Shown one piece after another: positions 1-8,688 of a stretch of DNA of 64,000 nt. Origin of the DNA: Bacteroidota bacterium. Lineage in GTDB: Bacteria > Bacteroidota > Ignavibacteria > UBA10030 > UBA8401. Position 1 is the first letter of the stretch, and each line of letters begins with the position of its first letter. A model generated the notes under the pieces. The model was not told where the DNA came from. It searched no databases and worked only from the letters and a program-made list of their open reading frames with translations. The DNA is taken from NCBI GenBank assembly GCA_030679145.1, contig JAUXTU010000047.1, positions 12,018 through 76,017 of the forward strand. Direction: 5' to 3'. A program made the translations under genes and the position numbers.

Positions 1-1342
1 CGCCTTGGTTGCCCCCCGTTCGAAATGTATAATTTGAAACGGCAGTACCTTGAAATGGATTAATGTAGCGTTTATCGTACGGATCCTCGTATAAATATCC
101 TTTTCCGGAAAATTTGTTGATCGAAAATTTTAAAGATTGAAATGTATTGTTACTGATAACATGATTGATCTGAATATTTTGCACCCAATTTTCACTGTAG
201 TTTGTTATTCTGCCATCCGGCGCCCATTTCCATGCATGGTCGTAATTTTGCCATCTCGCACTTTCAATAAATCCGCTGTAACTTAATTTCAATGCGTCAA
301 ACGAATATGTTAGTTTTCCGTTGAACGAATATTTATGATACGGGTTCATCGGAACAATCGCTCCATCACCGCTATTATGATTGTAATAAATGGAACGATT
401 GTTCGGATTCGGAAATGTTGGAATAGAATCTGTTATGTTATAGACACGTTTCCCGTACAAATACCCTTCTTCATCCTGCAATCGCCCTGTCATAAAAAAA
501 GTTAGATTGTCCAATACATACGTCGGTCCACTTAAACTAAATTGATAATTTTTTGTCCGCGATAAATCTAATTTATCATCATTCAAAAATACGTCAGTAT
601 GTTTGGTATAATAGTCACCAAAATACGCCCCAAGCGATCCATGAATATCCGATGAACCGTCTTGCGTTACAATATTTACTACACCGGACAATGCTTGTCC
701 ATACTCTGCATTGAATGTTCCACTGATCACTTCCATTTCACGGACAGATGAGTTTTCAGGAATAAATCCCGCCTCACCGCTCAATGGATTGTTTACTGTC
801 ACTCCATCAACAAGGTATGCAACTTCACCGCTGCGCCCTCCGCGAAAGTGGCCGCCAACTACGCCAGCTTGCAGATTAATAACTTGCGAAAGATTCTCTA
901 CCGGCATTACCTTCATCTCATCCGATGAAACCGTGACTGATGATGAGGTAAGATCTTTTTGCACTAACGGACGCTGGGCTTCAATAATTACTGCATCTCC
1001 TTCTACAACCGTTTCTTCCAACTTCATATCAATCTCTGTTGTTAAATCGATCTTCACAATAACATTTTTGATCACTGAATTTCTATAGCCTATGCTTGTG
1101 ATGGATAATGAATATGTTCCGGGGGAAATATTACTGATACTGTAAAACCCTTCAAAATCTGAAGAAGAACCGGATTTTGTCCCCTGGATAAGAATGGATG
1201 CTCCTACCACCGGTTCACCGGATTTTTTATCAGTAATTTTTCCTACAATCTTTCCTGTTTGGCCAGAATACAGTAATGATGAAAGAATCACAGCAAATAG
1301 TACTGTAAAAATTAATGTGTTTGGGATTCGTAAAATTTTCAT
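1..1342 (-). CDS. TonB-dependent outer-membrane receptor, N-terminal portion. 3' end lies beyond the window start. ATG at 1340-1342, no in-window stop, so it is absent from the ORF track.
   Basis: Hand translation of the minus strand from 1342: MKILRIPNTLIFTVLFAVILSSLLYSGQTGKIVGKITDKKSGEPVVGASILIQGTKSGSSSDFEGFYSISNISPGTYSL... This is a signal peptide, a carboxypeptidase-regulatory-like domain, then a TonB plug-like stretch (DEMKVMPVENLSQVINLQAGV). The frame stays open to position 2. Confidence 0.75.
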   Translation of the reverse strand, partial: MKILRIPNTLIFTVLFAVILSSLLYSGQTGKIVGKITDKKSGEPVVGASILIQGTKSGSSSDFEGFYSISNISPGTYSLSITSIGYRNSVIKNVIVKIDLTTEIDMKLEETVVEGDAVIIEAQRPLVQKDLTSSSVTVSSDEMKVMPVENLSQVINLQAGVVGGHFRGGRSGEVAYLVDGVTVNNPLSGEAGFIPENSSVREMEVISGTFNAEYGQALSGVVNIVTQDGSSDIHGSLGAYFGDYYTKHTDVFLNDDKLDLSRTKNYQFSLSGPTYVLDNLTFFMTGRLQDEEGYLYGKRVYNITDSIPTFPNPNNRSIYYNHNSGDGAIVPMNPYHKYSFNGKLTYSFDALKLSYSGFIESARWQNYDHAWKWAPDGRITNYSENWVQNIQINHVISNNTFQSLKFSINKFSGKGYLYEDPYDKRYINPFQGTAVSNYTFRTGGNQG

Positions 1343-1652
1343 AGAAGTATTATTTATATTTATAATTGTTACACAATGTGATAAAAATAGCAAGACGCGT
1401 GTGATGCTGCTTTTATGACATAGTGCAATGTTGTTTCTTTAGCATCTTAAAAAAAATCCGAAAAATTTGCGGCCACCTAACAAAAAGGCGACCGCAACAA
1501 TACCGTACAAAACTACATCTTTACTTAGTTCTCACTGAACTATTTATTGAATCGTCATTGCGAGACGTTCTTTGTCGAAGCAATCTTGCTTTTCGATTAT
1601 TTAAGGAGATTGCTTCTTCGCTTCACTCCTCGCAATGACTTTTCAGTGAGAA

Positions 1653-4007
1653 TTATTTAATCAACATCATCTTCTTAACCGAAGTATATGAACCTGATTC
1701 CAGTTTGTACATATACACACCCGTTGCAAGTTTCGATGCATCGAGCGTTGCTGTATATGAACCTGTCTCTTGGAACTGATTCAGAATTGTCATCACTTCA
1801 CGTCCGAGAATATCAAACAATTTTAAGCTGACCATTCCTGACTGTGGAATGCTGAACTTAATGTTCGTTGTCGGATTGAACGGGTTCGGATAGTTTTGCG
1901 ACAGTTCAAATGTCTTTGCCACTGCTGCATCTTGTCGAACGTCGGTCGGTCCCGATACATACCATGTGTATGCCCAGTTAAACTGATTTTGCCAAGAATT
2001 ATCGTTATTTAAAATTGAATAAGCTAAAATTCCAACACGACCTGTTCCTCCATCCCGATCATTGATCGAGAAGTCAAAAGGAATAGTCATACCAACTTTT
2101 GGAACAAATATACTATCACCGGCATACAATCCCTGAAGCACGGTAAATGGAATTCTTGCTTCAACAATATAGCCTGGCGTTAATGTTTTTACCTTCCAAG
2201 AATAATTCGCACCCGGATACATCACAACTTTTCCCCCGTGATCATCGTTAAGACGGTTTTTGGAAAAGCGTAAGAAATGATCCGGTTTCGCAGCGCGAGT
2301 ATAACCTGGATGAATTCCACCTTCCGAGTCATACAAACCAATGTTCAGATCCGGAGAATCTTGCTGCCAAGTATTGGAGTTTGTTCCTGAGTCAGAAGCA
2401 ACTGTATCATCAACTACATCGTATGCGACGTAAAGATTATTTGCATCCATAGAAAGATATGCTTTTGCTGAAAGATCATTACTATCAGCTATAACAGTAT
2501 TATTCACAACATGTGCATTTAAAAAGCCGGTTCTGAATGAATTTATTATGAATGGTTTAATTCCGGCAGTCGTCCATTCGGTTAATGAACCATCCGCGAC
2601 AAAATTTGCGGGCGCTGTTTGAATAACCTGGGTTCCTTTCCCTGTATTGGTAAGTGGTCCGGCAACTGCAGGTAGGCTTAAATTGTAGACTGAATCCCTC
2701 GCAGTGACACCATAATAATATGCTACATCCTGATCTGTAACAGGAGTAAGCAATACGTGGTTTACCGATTGTACACCTAATGCAATATCAGCTGGTGGAA
2801 GTTGTGAAACTCCCGGATCGGTAGTTTTAGTGAAGGGTTTCTTACTATAGTATACGTTATACACCGAACGAGCTTCGTTCGGCACATCATTCCAAATGAT
2901 TTTATTCACATATGGAGAAGTTTTGAGTATCGTGATACCGGTAACTGCTGCCGGAGGAGTTTTATCTGCTAACGTTGTATCCGGACGCATAGCAGGAGGC
3001 ATCATGGCAACAATCTCTGATACGCTTAATGCCTTACTAAAAACTTGAACATTATCTATACTGCCTTTGAAGGGAGTAGCATCCACAGGACCGTTATTTC
3101 CCAAAAATGCAACTTGACCCTTATTCACTGAGCCTGTCAGTGGAAGGATCCCTTGCATCACTCCATTCAAATATATCCTTGCATACTCACCATCATACAC
3201 ACCAACAACATTAATCCATTCTCCTGTTTTTAAAGCAGCTTCTGGTATAGCAGGACGAGCTGCACCGCCGGATGTTGTAACTTTAAACCGTAATTGCTTA
3301 TTTCCTTTGTCTTCATAAAGAACATATTGGTCGCCTTGAGAATCAAAAATACCTCCAAAAGAACCGGGCATAGCTGTCGGCAAATATGCTAATTTTGTCC
3401 ACACCGAAACGGAAACAGCACTACTCGGACTATTAAATGACGATGTTGTATCAAATTTAACATAATCATTAACGCCGTCAAAACTCAATGCATTTCCGAA
3501 AAAGCCATCCGAAATAACTGGACCATTTTTCACTAAACCTCTATTTGCTACTTTTCCTGTTGCATCAAAGATTACTGTATCAAGGCCGGCAACCGTATCA
3601 GCATCTTGAATTCCTACGGAATCAAGTTGATAGTACGCAACATTGTTCGATGTGAAGTTTTTGTGAACAAAATTAGTATTGCTTGTTACCATCACATTTG
3701 CCGCGGTATCTTTTACGTTCATTACCGTAAGAGCGTACGATTGATCGGTCATGTTTGAAGTCGAAAGAATGGCACTTTTCTGATCTACTGCCAACTTTAC
3801 ATTCGATACCGTAACTGCATTATTAATCGTGTAATTCGTTTTTGTTGAACCGGTAACAGCATCAACTTTCTCGCTGAATTGAACGATCACCGTGCTTCCA
3901 GCTCCAAATGTAGCAACATACGAAACAACGGGCGGCGTCGTATCTTGGGCTATCAACGGTATTGCCATCGCCATACAAGCGACGAGAAGTAGAAAAATCT
4001 TCTTCAT
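1653..4007 (-). CDS. T9SS-secreted protein with a LamG/ConA-like domain, an Fn3-like region and a CBM9-like carbohydrate-binding domain. C-terminal Por/T9SS sorting domain.
   Basis: Signal peptide MKKIFLLLVACMAMAIPLIA. LamG-type motif FGNALSFDGVNDYVKFD. The C-terminal 85 aa (FELSQNYPNPFNPTTNIKFSIPQSGMVSLKLFDILGREVM...KLESGSYTSVKKMMLIK) is a typical type-A T9SS CTD. The C-terminal half is highly similar to the 906-aa paralog. Confidence 0.8.
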   Translation of the reverse strand: MKKIFLLLVACMAMAIPLIAQDTTPPVVSYVATFGAGSTVIVQFSEKVDAVTGSTKTNYTINNAVTVSNVKLAVDQKSAILSTSNMTDQSYALTVMNVKDTAANVMVTSNTNFVHKNFTSNNVAYYQLDSVGIQDADTVAGLDTVIFDATGKVANRGLVKNGPVISDGFFGNALSFDGVNDYVKFDTTSSFNSPSSAVSVSVWTKLAYLPTAMPGSFGGIFDSQGDQYVLYEDKGNKQLRFKVTTSGGAARPAIPEAALKTGEWINVVGVYDGEYARIYLNGVMQGILPLTGSVNKGQVAFLGNNGPVDATPFKGSIDNVQVFSKALSVSEIVAMMPPAMRPDTTLADKTPPAAVTGITILKTSPYVNKIIWNDVPNEARSVYNVYYSKKPFTKTTDPGVSQLPPADIALGVQSVNHVLLTPVTDQDVAYYYGVTARDSVYNLSLPAVAGPLTNTGKGTQVIQTAPANFVADGSLTEWTTAGIKPFIINSFRTGFLNAHVVNNTVIADSNDLSAKAYLSMDANNLYVAYDVVDDTVASDSGTNSNTWQQDSPDLNIGLYDSEGGIHPGYTRAAKPDHFLRFSKNRLNDDHGGKVVMYPGANYSWKVKTLTPGYIVEARIPFTVLQGLYAGDSIFVPKVGMTIPFDFSINDRDGGTGRVGILAYSILNNDNSWQNQFNWAYTWYVSGPTDVRQDAAVAKTFELSQNYPNPFNPTTNIKFSIPQSGMVSLKLFDILGREVMTILNQFQETGSYTATLDASKLATGVYMYKLESGSYTSVKKMMLIK

Positions 4008-4167
4008 AATAGTACTCCTTTGTGTTGTGAAACTATTTGTGAATTAATGTGAATTACAACAAACCTCTATTACCCCGCAATTTTTTTCCAGTATTTTTTT
4101 CCTTTCTTGTTTTGAATTGTGAGTGAATGCGACTGGTGCAAAAACACCAAACAAAATATTGCACTTA

Positions 4168-5979
4168 CTATTTTATAACCAGCATTTTCTTCACGGACGT
4201 GTATGCACCTGATTCAAGCCGGTAGATATACATTCCTGTTGCAAGGGTTGCTGCATCAAGAGTTACAGTATAGGACCCTGCTTTTTGATATTGATTTACT
4301 GCATTCATCACTACACGCCCGAGAATATCTACGATAGTGATTTTTACCATTCCTGATTGAGGAATACTGTAGGAGATGTTCGTTGTTGGATTAAATGGAT
4401 TTGGATAATTTTGTTCCAGACCGTATTCAAACGGAATGGATTTTACAACTGAACCTTTTACCGAGGTAAGCATCTTCATTCCGTACACTTCTACTTCATT
4501 CAGAATATATGGATCATTGAAAGTATTATTCTGCAGAAATAATATCTTTAATCGACGACCAATTCCGGATATCCCGGAAATATCATCGATTTCTCCATTG
4601 CCGGCTGCATCATTATAGATTGCTTCTGCTTCTCCTGATTCTTTTTCAATGATCAAATAATAATTTGTTGCATAAACATTACCCCATTTCAATCGCACAT
4701 TGGTTATTGAAATTGTTTTCCCGAAATCAATCAATATCCATGGTAGAATCTTTCCGGGCGCATTTTTCCAGTATGTTGCCGTATCGCCGTCATTTACTGC
4801 ACTGATGGAAGATCCCCAATTCGTTGATGATGCTGTTGCTCTCCTCCAGAGTGCGCGATTATATTTTTCTGTTTCAATGCCCGCAATATGAATTGTTTGT
4901 GTATCCGTAATTTCACCAACAGCACGCAAGGTAAACATTGTGTCACTACGAACGGATACAATCAATGAGTCATGTTGTTTGATCGGTGTTCCGTTTAGTG
5001 AAACTGTCGATCCTATTCCAGTTTCCCAAAATAATGTGATCGAATCAACACTGCCTATTTCGTAGGACGGCATACTTGAGCGGAATGATTTTATTCTTCC
5101 GGGAGGATAATAGAATACCGTCCGGGAAATAGAATCAATGATTTTTCCTTGTGTTGTTAAAGTGTAGGTTGTTGTGTTTGTTGGAGTTATTTGAAGTGAA
5201 TCAATCGGATTGACTGGATTTCCATTCAGAAATGCTTTAGAACTATCGGAAGTATTCCAGTACAATGTCGTTTTTTCATTCTTATACAGTATCTCCCGCT
5301 GAGCATAGAAATATCGGATCGTTCCACTTTGTCCGTGCATTATCGTGTCAAATACTAGCTGCGCCATTTTTTCATATCCAATTGCATTCGGATGGACACC
5401 GTCTGGTACCAGAGAATCTTGATTTTTCATTAGAGAATAAAAATCGATCAGGTATGTTTTTGCTGTTCTTTTTATAGAATCAACAAGTGGAATAATTTCA
5501 TTCTTAACAACTGATTCGGAAATTCCTCCGAATTGATTTTCTTTAAATACGGGAATAGGAAAGCCGACATAGATTTGAGGGCGACGATGAAACATTCTGA
5601 ACGCAGCAACCAATTCCATATAATTGCTAAAAAATTGATCCTTATAGAGCCAATTAAACGGCTTACTGTCATTCGTTCCCAGTTTGATAATAACAATGTG
5701 CGGATCAAAATTCAGCGCATCAACAAATTCCGGTAAACTCCAATACGGAAGATCACCGTTCTTCAGAAGTGTTGCACCTGATACTCCAAAATTTTTCACT
5801 TCATATTGCGAGCCTAATTTTTTTTGAAGCTGCTGCGGATACGATTGTTCTCCAAGACCTCCATAGGTGATGCTGTTTCCGATACACGCAATCCGGGTCT
5901 TTGCCTGCTGTGCAACAGAAAATATGGTCGCAGCAAAGATAAAAAAAATAATTTTCCGTAATATCGAATATGTTCTCAT
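4168..5979 (-). CDS. SGNH/GDSL-family hydrolase (carbohydrate esterase-like) with an F5/8 type C (discoidin) domain and a T9SS C-terminal sorting domain
   Basis: N-terminal GDSL block IACIGNSITYGG and C-terminal-block DGVHPN. Discoidin-like stretch NDGDTATYWKN...ILIDFGK. Tail LEQNYPNPFNPTTNISYSIPQSGMV...RLESGAYTSVKKMLVIK. Confidence 0.8.
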   Translation of the reverse strand: MRTYSILRKIIFFIFAATIFSVAQQAKTRIACIGNSITYGGLGEQSYPQQLQKKLGSQYEVKNFGVSGATLLKNGDLPYWSLPEFVDALNFDPHIVIIKLGTNDSKPFNWLYKDQFFSNYMELVAAFRMFHRRPQIYVGFPIPVFKENQFGGISESVVKNEIIPLVDSIKRTAKTYLIDFYSLMKNQDSLVPDGVHPNAIGYEKMAQLVFDTIMHGQSGTIRYFYAQREILYKNEKTTLYWNTSDSSKAFLNGNPVNPIDSLQITPTNTTTYTLTTQGKIIDSISRTVFYYPPGRIKSFRSSMPSYEIGSVDSITLFWETGIGSTVSLNGTPIKQHDSLIVSVRSDTMFTLRAVGEITDTQTIHIAGIETEKYNRALWRRATASSTNWGSSISAVNDGDTATYWKNAPGKILPWILIDFGKTISITNVRLKWGNVYATNYYLIIEKESGEAEAIYNDAAGNGEIDDISGISGIGRRLKILFLQNNTFNDPYILNEVEVYGMKMLTSVKGSVVKSIPFEYGLEQNYPNPFNPTTNISYSIPQSGMVKITIVDILGRVVMNAVNQYQKAGSYTVTLDAATLATGMYIYRLESGAYTSVKKMLVIK

Positions 5980-6105
5980 TGATCTGTCCCTGAATTGTAC
6001 GCCAATAATAAGTTAAATACTTTTTAATAAGTGAGGAAATAATGTCCTGTAGGGTTCCGGATTCCACGCATAACTGATTTAAAAAAATTATTAGCCTTTA
6101 CCTAT

Positions 6106-8112
6106 CTATTTAACTTCAATAGTTTTATTATCTGTTCCCAAGCCAATAATTTTAAGTGATTCCCATTTTTTAGGTAAAATACCTTTGTTATATTTCAAAC
6201 CATTATCGGTTTGTTCTACACCGCCAAAACCATAAATAACCGCCTGAAGCATGGCTCCTGCGCCAGTTGCAAAATAAGGATTGTTGCTGTTTGCTGATTC
6301 TGAGAACACCCCAAAAGGAGGACGGCTATTGGGTAAATATGATTTTACAAAATAGTCATAGGCTTTATCAGCATCTCCTAATCTTGAGTACAATACAGAC
6401 AATACACCATAAGCCATAGCCGGTCCATCTTTCTTGTCTATTTTATCAGCATAGTATTCCAGATCCCTCTTTATTTGATTTTTATCGGTAATGACATGTA
6501 ATGGATAGGCAAGTAAATTAACATCTGCTTGTTTTATCATTTCTCCTTTATACCCTTTATAGTTTTGTGTAATTCCATTCTCGGAATGGATTATAAGTTT
6601 TTCGGAAACCTCTTTCCATTTTGGATCAATTGGTTCGTTCAAAATGGTTGCTGCTTTCATTGTGTTTTTCAGCGCTTCAATAGCAGAGGCATTTGTAAAA
6701 GCATTATCATCTACGTGTTGTGCATATTCATCTGCCCCAACCACATTAATAATTGAATACGTTCCATCTGTATTTTTCTGCGCCCTGCTTACCCAAAAAT
6801 CAGCTGTTGCTTTAAACATTTGCCATTCTTGTCTTAACCATTTTTTATCTTGCGTATAGGTATAATAATTCCAAAATGCAATTGCGATATCTGCAGTTAT
6901 ATGTTGTTCGAAAATTCCGGTTAACGCCCAAGTTGGTGTTGCTTCTTCCCCAGTATCGTCTGATTCCCAAGGAAACATCGCCCCTTGGTAACCATATATA
7001 CTGGCTTTTTGTTTTGCTTTCTCCAATCTGTCTGAACGATAATTAAGACAAGATTTTGCCATCTCTGGTTGTAAGGATAATAACGTAGGGTACATCCAAA
7101 GCTCTGCGTCCCAAAAAATGTGACCGTTATAACCTTGCGATGACAATCCCATTGGAGGAATACTTTGTCTACTGCCCGGTCGGATAAATGAATATAAATT
7201 ATAAAGAGCAAAACGAACTCTTTGCTGAGCATCTAAATCGCTTTTAATTTCAATATCCCCACTCTTCCATAACTCATCCCATGCATTTTTGTGTTTATTT
7301 AACATTTTATCAAGCCCTTCTTGCAAAGCATAAATAGGCTGTCTTTCTGATTCATTTAATGGGTCGCTGACATCTTTTGAAGTACAGATACCTCCTGCAA
7401 CAGCAAAACCATAATTCTTGCCTTTCTGCAACTTTTTAGAAAACCCGACTTCTTTCCCGGTTTGCGACAAAGTCTCTCCCTGACCGTCAAATAAGAAAGT
7501 TGTAGAAGCAGACACAGTGTATTTACCGTTTATAGTTTTTGCAGTTGTTCCAAATATAGGCATGACAAATGGACCGTCATTTAAAACCCGATAATGCGTT
7601 TTTGCTTCTTTCAACTCGTCAGGAACAGACATATAATTATGGGCTGTAATTTCTATATCTACCAAAGGTGTAATTTCAACTATTGCCATCGCTGAAAAAG
7701 GCAACGCTCTGTTAGCTAAAATACTGTACTTAATTTCTGCAAAATTCTGAAATTGAAAAGAAGTCGTACTTATTCCCTCTTTCATAGAAATTACCTGACT
7801 CCATTTTTCAATATTATTTGATTGTATTTCTTGATTATTGATTGTTAATCGTAAATTCAAAAATTCGATACCTCTAACAATTTTGCTTATTCCATTTTCT
7901 GGACTTGCATCGTAAACTCCTTTTAAAATAACCTCTTTCGTCCTCAGAGGTTTATCATCTGTTACAATTCCGAATTGTCCATTTGCAACAGTAACACCGA
8001 AATAATTTTCACGTGAATTAGCCACTAAATGCCACTCATCTGATTTAATCTGTCCAAACAAAACCGGACTTAATAAGATTAAAAAAAATAGTCCTTTAAG
8101 ATTTAGTTTCAT
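6106..8112 (-). CDS. Secreted glycoside hydrolase, family 65-like (kojibiose/trehalose-type alpha-glucoside hydrolase or phosphorylase catalytic domain)
   Basis: Signal peptide MKLNLKGLFFLILLSPVLFG. Motif QGYNGHIFWDAELWMYP matches the GH65 catalytic region (HIFWDTE). It sits in a sugar-utilisation locus. Confidence 0.6.
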   Translation of the reverse strand: MKLNLKGLFFLILLSPVLFGQIKSDEWHLVANSRENYFGVTVANGQFGIVTDDKPLRTKEVILKGVYDASPENGISKIVRGIEFLNLRLTINNQEIQSNNIEKWSQVISMKEGISTTSFQFQNFAEIKYSILANRALPFSAMAIVEITPLVDIEITAHNYMSVPDELKEAKTHYRVLNDGPFVMPIFGTTAKTINGKYTVSASTTFLFDGQGETLSQTGKEVGFSKKLQKGKNYGFAVAGGICTSKDVSDPLNESERQPIYALQEGLDKMLNKHKNAWDELWKSGDIEIKSDLDAQQRVRFALYNLYSFIRPGSRQSIPPMGLSSQGYNGHIFWDAELWMYPTLLSLQPEMAKSCLNYRSDRLEKAKQKASIYGYQGAMFPWESDDTGEEATPTWALTGIFEQHITADIAIAFWNYYTYTQDKKWLRQEWQMFKATADFWVSRAQKNTDGTYSIINVVGADEYAQHVDDNAFTNASAIEALKNTMKAATILNEPIDPKWKEVSEKLIIHSENGITQNYKGYKGEMIKQADVNLLAYPLHVITDKNQIKRDLEYYADKIDKKDGPAMAYGVLSVLYSRLGDADKAYDYFVKSYLPNSRPPFGVFSESANSNNPYFATGAGAMLQAVIYGFGGVEQTDNGLKYNKGILPKKWESLKIIGLGTDNKTIEVK

Positions 8113-8249
8113 GTGTGTATTTTTCCGGTATTTTTTTTCTTGTTTTGAATTGATTGGTGAATGAATTAGTTAATGTGAATTATAGTTGTCGTTTATTGTA
8201 ATAACTGTAGATCAATGTGTGTTCTACTAAATAAAAATATATCTGACTG

Positions 8250-8533
8250 TCAACCAACCTGAAATAATTGCTCGGAAAGCAATTGTTCCACTTCCATTCT
8301 GCTTGGTATCGAAGACTGTGCTCCAATTCGAGTTACCGAAATTGCAGCAGCAACATTCGCAAACCGAATCGCATCTCTAATACTATTGCCATTTGCCAAT
8401 TCCACAGCCAGAGCACCGTTAAACGTGTCACCTGCAGCCGTAGTATCTATAGCATTAACTTTGAATGAGCTGATTACTTCGGAAAATTCTTTTGTAACAA
8501 CAATTGCCCCTTTCGAACCAAGCGTGATAATTG
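8250..8533 (-). pseudogene. Truncated duplicate of the ribokinase 3' end (about the last 94 codons, no start). Remnant of a segmental duplication.
   Basis: About 85-90% nucleotide identity to rbsK 11614..11897. Example: gcaattgttccacttccattctgcttggtatcgaagactgtgctccaattcgagttaccgaaattgcagcagc compared with gcaattgctccacctcagctctgtttggtactgacgactgtgctcctattcgagttaccgaaattgcagcagc. The adjacent 8125..8250 block matches 11490..11613. Confidence 0.8.
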
Positions 8534-8688
8534 CACATCATGTCATAAAAACAGCATTATGTATTTTATGCTGCTTTTATGATACGATCTACTATTATTC
8601 CTTAAAGGCGTATAGAATCAATATTTCAAATAAATTGCGGTCGCCTTCCTTCGAAGGCAACCGCAACAGAACCTAAAGACTACATCTG

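Noticed and set aside
711-1088. 125-aa plus-strand ORF
   Set aside because: Lies entirely antisense within the TonB-dependent receptor coding region. Proline/Ser/Thr-rich translation typical of a shadow ORF.
4005-4170. Bacteroidota-type -33/-7 promoter (TTTG / TAnnTTTG) upstream of the T9SS gene
   Set aside because: No clean TAnnTTTG element could be matched by eye, so only the conserved block itself is reported.
5472-5708. 78-aa minus-strand ORF and several 60-70-aa ORFs inside 4168..5979
   Set aside because: Embedded in alternative frames of the SGNH esterase gene.
8386-8676. 96-aa plus-strand ORF
   Set aside because: Antisense translation of the duplicated ribokinase fragment. The same spurious frame recurs at 11825..12088 inside the real rbsK.
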